A DNA stretch of 64,000 nucleotides from Hyphomicrobiales bacterium (lineage in GTDB: Bacteria > Pseudomonadota > Alphaproteobacteria > Rhizobiales > TMED25): assembly GCA_965204565.1 (NCBI GenBank), contig CBDBEU010000005.1, positions 1,412,366 through 1,476,365 on the forward strand, read 5' to 3'. The notes under the pieces were generated by a model. That model saw only the letters and a program-made list of their open reading frames with translations. It did not search any database and was not told the origin of the DNA. Below are positions 56,944-64,000 of the stretch, one piece after another; the stretch's first letter is position 1, and each line of letters opens with the position of its first letter. The position numbers and the translations under genes are program-made.

Positions 56944-59310
56944 ATGGCGAACACCGCTTCTGAATCCACAGAGGATCTGCCCCCTGCCGCCGTGCCAAAA
57001 CCCGGTGGAATTGCCGCGCGTGCAATGGCAGCAAACGCGCCTGCTTACCTGGATCAACTCAATAACGCCCAGCGCGAAGCGGTTGAGGCGCTTGACGGCC
57101 CGGTCCTGGTCCTTGCCGGTGCCGGCACCGGCAAGACCAAGGTGCTGACCACGCGCCTCGCTCACATCATAAATACCGACCGTGCGCGTCCGTCCAATAT
57201 TCTGGCAGTCACCTTCACCAACAAGGCCGCGCGCGAGATGAAGTCTCGCATCGGCGGGCTTGTCGGCCATGTGGTCGAAGGAATGACCTGGCTCGGCACT
57301 TTTCACTCCATTGGCGTCAAGATTTTGCGCCGGCATGCGGAACTGGTGAAATTACGCTCGAATTTCACGATCCTCGACACCGACGATCGGATTCGCCTGA
57401 TGAAACAGGTGCTGAAAGCCGAGAATATCGATGAGAAGCGCTGGCCAGCCCGCCAATTGGCGGGTGTGATCGACAATTGGAAGAATCGTGGACTGCGGCC
57501 GGAAGACGTTCCCGAAGCTGACGGATTCCTGTTTGCCAACGGTCTCGCGGTCAAGCTCTACAGTGCCTATCAGGAGCGGTTAAAGACGCTCAATGCGGCT
57601 GATTTCGGCGACCTGCTGCTTGAATGCCTGACCCTGCTCCGCGACCATCCTGACATATTGGGCGAATATCAGGACCGCTTCGCCTACATGCTGGTCGATG
57701 AATATCAGGACACCAATGTCGCACAATATCTATGGCTGCGGCTCTTGGCTCAGGGCCACGGCAACATTGCCTGCGTCGGCGACGACGACCAGTCGATCTA
57801 CGGTTGGCGCGGCGCTGAAGTCGATAACATCCTGCGCTTCGAGACCGATTTTCCCGGCGCGCGGGTGGTGCGGTTAGAGGAAAACTACCGCTCAACCCAG
57901 AATATCCTTGCCGCCGCATCAGCCCTGATCAGCCACAATGAGTGCCGTCTTGGCAAGACGCTGCACGCCGCATCGTCAGAAGATGGCGAACCTGTGCATG
58001 TGCGCAGTGTGTGGGACGCCGAAGACGAAGCGCGCCTCGTCACCGACGAAGTCGAATCCCTGCATGGCAGGGGTCACCGGCTTGATGAAATCGCGGTTCT
58101 GGTACGCGCCAGCTTCCAGATGCGGGAGTTTGAAGACCGATTCGTCATGCTCCGTCTCCCCTACCGGGTGATCGGCGGGCCGCGCTTTTACGAACGCCAG
58201 GAAATCAGAGACGCCATCGCCTATCTTCAGGTCATTGCCAATCCCGATCATGACGTCAAATTCCAGCGCATCGTCAATGTACCCAAGCGCTCGATCGGCG
58301 AGCGCTCGCTTGGCATTGTCATCGATGCGGCACGCACACGCGGGCTCTCGCTCTACCGCGCCGCCACCGAAATCGTTGAAACCGACGAAATCAGAGGCCA
58401 GGCCCGCGCCTCTCTAACCGAGTTGATCGCCTCATTCGAACGCTGGCGCGGTCTGGTCGATACCATGCGCCATACCGAGCTTGCCGAAATGATCCTGGAT
58501 GAGTCCGGCTATACCGGCATGTGGCAGCAGGACCGCTCGCCAGCGGCAGCCGGTAGACTCGACAATCTGAAGGAAATGATCGGGCAGATGGACGAGTTTG
58601 AGTCACTTGCCGCCTTTCTCGAACATGTTTCGCTGGTAATGGATGTCGAAGCTGATGCGGGCGCTGACAAGATCAATCTGATGACCCTGCATGCAGCCAA
58701 GGGGCTTGAATTCGACACCGTTTTCCTTCCCGGCTGGGAAGAAGGCGTATTTCCCCATCGGCGCTCTCTCGATGAAGCCGGGCACGCCGGGCTTGAGGAG
58801 GAGCGCCGCCTCGCCCATGTCGGCCTCACCCGTGCCCGCCACCGCGCCTGGATCAGTTTTGCATCCAACCGCCGCATTCACGGCCCGTGGCAGGGATCGA
58901 TACCCTCGCGCTTTGTCGATGAATTGCCGGGAGATCGGGTGGACGTTGATTCAGGCGATGGACATTACGCCGCGGGCACCACCAGCCGTTTCGCCACCGG
59001 CTTTGAGGCACCATTTGCTTCGACCTACGACACCCCTGGTTGGCATCGTGCCCAGGCTGGACGCCAATCGCGCAGTAGCGACGCTGAAACAACCCCTGGA
59101 CCAGGTCATGCCCGGGCGGGAATGACGATTGAGGGCGAACTGGTTGCCCAGGACGCCCCCACAACCTCGAGATACGCAACCGGTGAGCGCGTCTTCCACC
59201 TCAAATTCGGCTATGGTGCGATCGTTGCCATTGAAGGCAACAAGCTCACCGTCGAGTTTGAAAAGGCGGGCCGCAAGCGCGTTTTCGACTCCTTCGTCGA
59301 ACGACATTGA
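56944..59310 (+). CDS. uvrD: UvrD/Rep/PcrA-family ATP-dependent DNA helicase
   Basis: 788 aa; VLAGAGTGKTKVLT (Walker A), LVDEYQDTN, YRSTQNIL, MTLHAAKGLEF, VGLTRAR. Confidence 0.9.
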   Translation: MANTASESTEDLPPAAVPKPGGIAARAMAANAPAYLDQLNNAQREAVEALDGPVLVLAGAGTGKTKVLTTRLAHIINTDRARPSNILAVTFTNKAAREMKSRIGGLVGHVVEGMTWLGTFHSIGVKILRRHAELVKLRSNFTILDTDDRIRLMKQVLKAENIDEKRWPARQLAGVIDNWKNRGLRPEDVPEADGFLFANGLAVKLYSAYQERLKTLNAADFGDLLLECLTLLRDHPDILGEYQDRFAYMLVDEYQDTNVAQYLWLRLLAQGHGNIACVGDDDQSIYGWRGAEVDNILRFETDFPGARVVRLEENYRSTQNILAAASALISHNECRLGKTLHAASSEDGEPVHVRSVWDAEDEARLVTDEVESLHGRGHRLDEIAVLVRASFQMREFEDRFVMLRLPYRVIGGPRFYERQEIRDAIAYLQVIANPDHDVKFQRIVNVPKRSIGERSLGIVIDAARTRGLSLYRAATEIVETDEIRGQARASLTELIASFERWRGLVDTMRHTELAEMILDESGYTGMWQQDRSPAAAGRLDNLKEMIGQMDEFESLAAFLEHVSLVMDVEADAGADKINLMTLHAAKGLEFDTVFLPGWEEGVFPHRRSLDEAGHAGLEEERRLAHVGLTRARHRAWISFASNRRIHGPWQGSIPSRFVDELPGDRVDVDSGDGHYAAGTTSRFATGFEAPFASTYDTPGWHRAQAGRQSRSSDAETTPGPGHARAGMTIEGELVAQDAPTTSRYATGERVFHLKFGYGAIVAIEGNKLTVEFEKAGRKRVFDSFVERH

Positions 59311-60362
59311 CCGGACTCATACGCCTTGCCCTGTCAGGCGACCGCGAAACGGCGGACCGCGCTGAATATGCGCTTGAGGCTGGCAATCCGGCACCGATTT
59401 CAACCGCGCTTTTTGCCGGTGGCGGCACATGGACACTGGAAGCTCTCTATGGCCAGCCGCCTGAACGCCATGCAATTGCCGAACTGCTAAGCGCCGCTCT
59501 TGGCCGCGCTCCCGAATTCGATCTCGCACCTTTGCCCGAACGCGACTGGATTGCCGAATCCCTGAAAGGGCTAGCGCCGGTTCGCGCCGGCCGTTTCCTG
59601 ATCCACGGTAGCCATGACCGCAAAGCTGCACGGCATTCGCCACTGGCGATAGAGATTGAAGCAGGTGCCGCCTTTGGCACCGGCCACCACGCAACCACAT
59701 TCTGCTGCCTTGAGGCGCTCGGCCATATCGCCCGCGCCCATCATCACCCCCGAATCCTCGATATCGGGACAGGCACTGGAATCCTTGCGATCGCAGCCGC
59801 TAAACTTTGGAAAGCGCCGGTCATGGCCAGCGATATCGATCCGGTCGCCGTAGCCGTCGCCCGCATAAATGCACGAATCAACGCCGTTACTCCGCTGATT
59901 AACGCAATCAACGCAAACTCGGCGCTTGATCCGCGCATAGTCCGCCATGCGCCCTATGATCTGATTATTGTGAACATTCACGCCAAGCCCCTGATGGGAC
60001 TTGCCGCTCCGGTCGCGCAAATTGCTTCGCACCGCAGCAAAATCATCCTTTCAGGCCTGCTGGAGAACCAAACGAGGATGGTTGCCGCCGCCTGGCGAAC
60101 ACATGGATTTGTGCGTTGCCGGCAGTTCCTGATCAATGGCTGGGCGACTTTGCTGCTCGCCCGGCCCGGCATCTTCCCGGTTAGGAACCGGAGGATGCCC
60201 TCCCCCTACCAGGCAAATCCGTCGCGTTGGCAGCCTTTGATATACGCCTGCGCACGGCGCTGCTGCGCGGACAAGATCAACATGATAAACACCGCGACCA
60301 AAAGCGCCCACGCGCCGCCAAACGGCGTCCAGCGACAGGCCGCTGGACACCTTGCTGATTGA
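59307..60362 (+). CDS. prmA: Ribosomal protein L11 methyltransferase, with an unexpected ~60-aa C-terminal extension
   Basis: IEIEAGAAFGTGHHATTFCCLEAL...ILDIGTGTGILAIAAAK...ASDIDPVAV...INGWATLLLAR, then 60 low-complexity residues. TTG start overlaps the uvrD stop. Confidence 0.75.
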   Translation: MTGLIRLALSGDRETADRAEYALEAGNPAPISTALFAGGGTWTLEALYGQPPERHAIAELLSAALGRAPEFDLAPLPERDWIAESLKGLAPVRAGRFLIHGSHDRKAARHSPLAIEIEAGAAFGTGHHATTFCCLEALGHIARAHHHPRILDIGTGTGILAIAAAKLWKAPVMASDIDPVAVAVARINARINAVTPLINAINANSALDPRIVRHAPYDLIIVNIHAKPLMGLAAPVAQIASHRSKIILSGLLENQTRMVAAAWRTHGFVRCRQFLINGWATLLLARPGIFPVRNRRMPSPYQANPSRWQPLIYACARRCCADKINMINTATKSAHAPPNGVQRQAAGHLAD

Positions 60363-60397
60363 TACATAGCCATTATCTGCAACACCTGTGTTTGAGT

Positions 60398-60625
60398 TTA
60401 GTGGCTCTTGAAGCCTTCCCAAACACGCTCGTGAATGTTCAAGCGGTTGATGCCGATATCGCTCAACTCGTGGTCACTGAGAGCTCGCAGATGGGCTTCC
60501 GCCCGGGCCAACTCGTTGTAGCGCCTGATGCGTGCTGCAAGCTCGCTGAAGGATCGGAAAATTGGCTCAAGGAAACCAGAGTGTGTGTGGCTTTCCGAAC
60601 CGGTTGTCGGCGTCATAAGGGTCAT
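60398..60625 (-). CDS. DUF1127-domain small protein
   Basis: ORF 60398..60748 trimmed to MTLMTP...; C-terminal RRYNELARAEAHLRALSDHELSDIGINRLNI is the DUF1127 signature. Confidence 0.75.
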   Translation of the reverse strand: MTLMTPTTGSESHTHSGFLEPIFRSFSELAARIRRYNELARAEAHLRALSDHELSDIGINRLNIHERVWEGFKSH

Positions 60626-60757
60626 TCTAGTTCTCCATTCAGTTCTGCACCGCTGCTTTTGTGCAGTGCAATGTTTGAACTCTATATGAGCGCTGGTTTG
60701 GCCTTGTGGAAGTGGAATTATCGCATTCCACACATGCTCTAAATGCATGCCTATTGG

Positions 60758-61156
60758 TCACAGTCCATTCACAATTCGCAGGGTTTGGTCCTCTGCCCGC
60801 GCCCAAATGCGGCTGACGGCGTGAGCCTGATCTTCAAGTGCCTGGCGGCCGTTTTCCGTCAACTCATAAATTCGTTTGCCGGTGTCGAGTGATTTGCCGG
60901 CAGCAAGATCCTGGTCGTGAAGCTGCTGGAGCGTGGGATAGACGCTGCCGGCGCTGGCCTCATAAAGCCCGCCGGTGCGGGATTCCAGTTTCTTCATCAG
61001 TTCATAACCGTGGCGGGGACCGTCTGCCAACAGCGAGAGCAGGGCAAGCGGCAATTCTCCCCGCTCGAAAAAGCTTCCTCGCCAACTCCACGGGCCGAAC
61101 CCATGCCGGCCGTCGTGTCGTCCTTGGCGGGAGCCTCTACGATTGGAATGTCTCAT
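60758..61156 (-). CDS. PadR-family transcriptional regulator
   Basis: LPLALLSLLADGPRHGYELMKKLESRTGGLYEASAGSVYPTLQQLHDQDL. ORF 60758..61225 trimmed to MRHSN. Confidence 0.8.
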   Translation of the reverse strand: MRHSNRRGSRQGRHDGRHGFGPWSWRGSFFERGELPLALLSLLADGPRHGYELMKKLESRTGGLYEASAGSVYPTLQQLHDQDLAAGKSLDTGKRIYELTENGRQALEDQAHAVSRIWARAEDQTLRIVNGL

Positions 61157-61339
61157 GTAGTTTTCCTTTATTATTTCGATAAACGCAATGATATGTATAT
61201 CGACATATATATTGTCAACCACCAATTTGCACCCATTGCGCTATTGGGTGGGGGCAGGGATGATGCGTGCGCCGGGTGTCGCATCGGTCTGGTTGACGGG
61301 GTGGGAAGCACAGATTTTGTTTGAAGGACGCGCGTCATC

Positions 61340-62185
61340 GTGGATTTGACACTTGCAGATTTTGGCTGGCGGACGTTCTTTCAGGCTCAACTTGATTGTG
61401 CTGCCGGGATCGGTTGCAGGCCGGTGCGCGTGACGGCGGTGCATCGCGACAAGATCGAAGTTGCCGCGCCCGGAATCGAGGCCCGGATAGAGCCGTTTCG
61501 GGGTGATCTTTCACACGAAGAGGATGTGGCGACCGTAGGCGATTGGTTGATCCTGGATGCAGGGGGGGAGCGTGCGTCGCGGCGGCTTGAACGTTACAGC
61601 TTGTTCAAGCGCCGGGCCATCGGAAAAGGGCGCCGTGTGCAGTTGATTGCAGCCAATGTCGATACGCTGTTCATCGTTACCTCCTGCAACCAGGAGTTCA
61701 ATCCGGCCCGTCTGGAGAGGTTTTTGTCTCTTGGCCGTGCCGCAGAGGTAACGCCGGTGATCGTTTTGACCAAGGCCGATCTGACCGATGATGCAGCCGA
61801 CTATGCAGCCCGTGTGCGTGAGGCGATGCCGGATGTGCTGGTCGAGATCATCGACGCGCGAAAGCCTGAGGACGCCGCGCATCTGGCCGGCTGGTGCGGC
61901 CATGGGCAGACGATCGCGATGGCTGGTTCATCTGGTGTCGGCAAATCGACGTTGGTCAACACGTTGATGGGGGCAAGCGCGCAAGAGACCGGCGCAGTGC
62001 GCGAAGACGATGATCGCGGACGGCACACCACCTCTTCGCGTTCTTTGCACCGCATGCGGTCTGGCAGCTGGCTGCTTGACATGCCCGGAATGCGTGAAGT
62101 GCAACTCACCGGTGTTGCCGAAGCTATAGATCAGGTGTTTGCCGATCGCAATTGCGCTGACCTTCGGCGACCGTTAAAAACCCGT
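61340..62185 (+). pseudogene. rsgA: Ribosome small-subunit-dependent GTPase RsgA lacking its C-terminal Zn-finger region; open in frame into pepP
   Basis: Not in the ORF track because the ORF is open to the window end. My translation from GTG at 61340: VDLTLADFGWRTFFQAQL...PVRVTAVHRDKIEV...NVDTLFIVTS...VLTKADL...GSSGVGKSTLVN...LLDMPGMREVQL...AIDQVFAD. After that come only 13 codons (RNCADLRRPLKTR) before the pepP ATG. Confidence 0.7.
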
Positions 62186-64000
62186 ATGTTCCAAACCTTC
62201 GAGGAGCGTGGAGACCCGCAATGGGCTCGCGAGCGCCTTCCTGCCCTGCGCCGGCATCTGGCCAAGTCGGGTTGCGACGGTTTCATCCTGCCACGCACCG
62301 ATGCACATCAAAGCGAATACCTGGCCGACCACGATCAGCGCCTCACCTGGTTGACCGGATTCACCGGTTCCGCCGGCACCGCCATCATCCTCGCCGAACG
62401 CGCCGTCATCTTCGTCGATGGCCGCTATACGGTTCAGGTCGCACGGCAGGTCGATGGCAAGCTGTTTAACATCGTTAATGTCACCGACAAGAACCCCAGC
62501 GACTGGATCGCTGATGAAGCCGGCGAAGGCACGCGTCTTGGCTATGATCCCTGGCTTCATACGCCCGATGGGCTGGAACGGCTTCGAAAGGCCGCTGAAA
62601 AAGCCGGTGCCGAACTTGTTGCATTGGCTACAAATCCGGTCGATGCCATCTGGACTGGCCAACCGGAGCCGCCATCGGCCCCGATTGTGCCTCACCCGCT
62701 AAAATTCGCCGGTGAACTGACCGGTGCCAAGCTCATGCATTTGCGCGAAGAACTTGCCAAAACAGGCAGTGACGCACTGGTATTGAGCCTTAGTGATTCA
62801 ATTGCCTGGCTGTTCAATATTCGTGGCTCAGACGTGGCACACACGCCTGTTGCCCTCGCGTTCGCCATCATTACCCGGGACAAAGCCACACTTTTCTGCG
62901 ACCCGCAAAAAGTCGGCCCCGATACCGCTGCCTGGCTCGCCCCCCATGTCACCACTGAACACGAATCCAAACTCGGACCGGCGCTCGATGCCCTGGGTGC
63001 ACAAGCAGCCACGGTTCAGATCGACCCGGCCTCCTCTCCGGTATGGATTGTCGAGCGTCTCGATGCCGCCGGCGCCGATATTGGCCGTGAGCCCGATCCC
63101 TGCACCGCCGCCAAAGCGCTCAAGAACCAGACCGAAATTGCAGGTGCACGCACCGCCCATTTGCGCGATGCAATCGCGCTCGCTCGTTTCCTGAGCTGGC
63201 TCGATACTGAGGCCCCATCCGGCAATACCGACGAGATATCAGCTGTCAAACGTCTGGAGGAATTGAGAGCTCAGTCCAATGCCCTTCGTGACGCAAGTTT
63301 CGAGACAATTGCTGGATCAGGCCCCAATGGCGCGATTGTGCACTACCGGGTAAATGAATACACGAACCGACCGCTTGAACCCGGAAGCCTGTTTCTGGTT
63401 GATTCCGGCGCGCAATACCGCGATGGAACCACCGATGTCACACGAACCGTCGCCATCGGTACGCCAAGCGATGAGATGCAGCGGTTGTTCACACTCGTTC
63501 TCAAGGGCCACATCGCCATTGCCACCGCGCGCTTTCCGCAAGGCACCGCTGGTGTACAGCTCGACGCATTGGCCCGCATTGCACTGTGGCGGGCAGGTCA
63601 CGATTATGACCATGGCACCGGCCATGGCGTGGGTTCCTATCTTGGCGTTCACGAAGGCCCACAGGGAATTTCCAAGCGCGCCAAGGTGTCTCTCGAACCC
63701 GGCATGATCCTGTCCGACGAACCCGGCGTCTATATTGAGGGCGCGTTCGGCATCCGCATCGAAAACCTACTTCTGGTGAGAGAACCCGAACCGATCGACC
63801 ATGGCGCAAGGCCAATGCTGAGCTTTGAGACATTGACGCTTGCGCCAATCGACCTGCGGCTGGTCGAGCCTCGCATGCTCAGCCAAGCCGAACTCGAATG
63901 GCTCAATGCCTATCATGCAAGGGTGCGCGATGAGCTGGCCTCTCAGCTCCAATCACTCGAACGAGACTGGTTGATCGCGGCGACAGTTCCAATCAGTGCC
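62186..64000 (+). CDS. pepP: Aminopeptidase P family (M24B Xaa-Pro aminopeptidase), N-terminal ~605 codons (continues past window end)
   Basis: My translation: MFQTFEERGDPQWARERLPALRRHLAKSGCDGFILPRTDAHQSEYL...LTGFTGSAGTAII...FLVDSGAQYRDGTTDVTRT...HGTGHGVGSYLGVHEGPQ...SDEPGVY...GIRIENL. Confidence 0.88.
   Translation, partial: MFQTFEERGDPQWARERLPALRRHLAKSGCDGFILPRTDAHQSEYLADHDQRLTWLTGFTGSAGTAIILAERAVIFVDGRYTVQVARQVDGKLFNIVNVTDKNPSDWIADEAGEGTRLGYDPWLHTPDGLERLRKAAEKAGAELVALATNPVDAIWTGQPEPPSAPIVPHPLKFAGELTGAKLMHLREELAKTGSDALVLSLSDSIAWLFNIRGSDVAHTPVALAFAIITRDKATLFCDPQKVGPDTAAWLAPHVTTEHESKLGPALDALGAQAATVQIDPASSPVWIVERLDAAGADIGREPDPCTAAKALKNQTEIAGARTAHLRDAIALARFLSWLDTEAPSGNTDEISAVKRLEELRAQSNALRDASFETIAGSGPNGAIVHYRVNEYTNRPLEPGSLFLVDSGAQYRDGTTDVTRTVAIGTPSDEMQRLFTLVLKGHIAIATARFPQGTAGVQLDALARIALWRAGHDYDHGTGHGVGSYLGVHEGPQGISKRAKVSLEPGMILSDEPGVYIEGAFGIRIENLLLVREPEPIDHGARPMLSFETLTLAPIDLRLVEPRMLSQAELEWLNAYHARVRDELASQLQSLERDWLIAATVPISA

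Overview
The window is about 58-60% GC and looks like an alphaproteobacterial (Rhizobiales-like) chromosome. This call rests on gene content and synteny: gatCA, pyrB-pyrC-plsY-dprA-topA-rnr, rpmG-pleD-divK, thyA-folA-hflKC, and a circularly permuted two-piece tmRNA. Three themes stand out.

(1) 40.5-51.0 kb holds an HTH gene followed by a seven-gene, fully translationally coupled Type I restriction-modification operon: half-hsdS, hsdM, rhuM-like, hsdS, an uncharacterised 553-aa ORF, hsdR, and a DUF45/M48 peptidase. The low-GC 553-aa ORF (DUF6119/TIGR04141-like from memory, with a possible degenerate PD-(D/E)xK motif) sits exactly where the anticodon nuclease PrrC sits in the EcoprrI locus. It is my best candidate for an undescribed RM-linked defence effector.

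(2) The window carries at least 10 insertion-sequence copies or fragments (IS427-like x2, IS630 x3, IS5-like x2, IS21, IS3, IS1182-like). All have broken transposase frames, and several are nested. Two near-identical defective IS5-like copies in inverted orientation bracket pleD-dinB.

(3) Pseudogenes are unusually frequent among core genes: pleD, a ROK kinase, ycjX, a ClC channel, a flgE fragment, and a C-terminally deleted rsgA read in frame into pepP. Several lesions are 8-16 bp tandem duplications.

All family assignments come from reading the translations. No database search was possible. No tRNA, rRNA or CRISPR array was seen.
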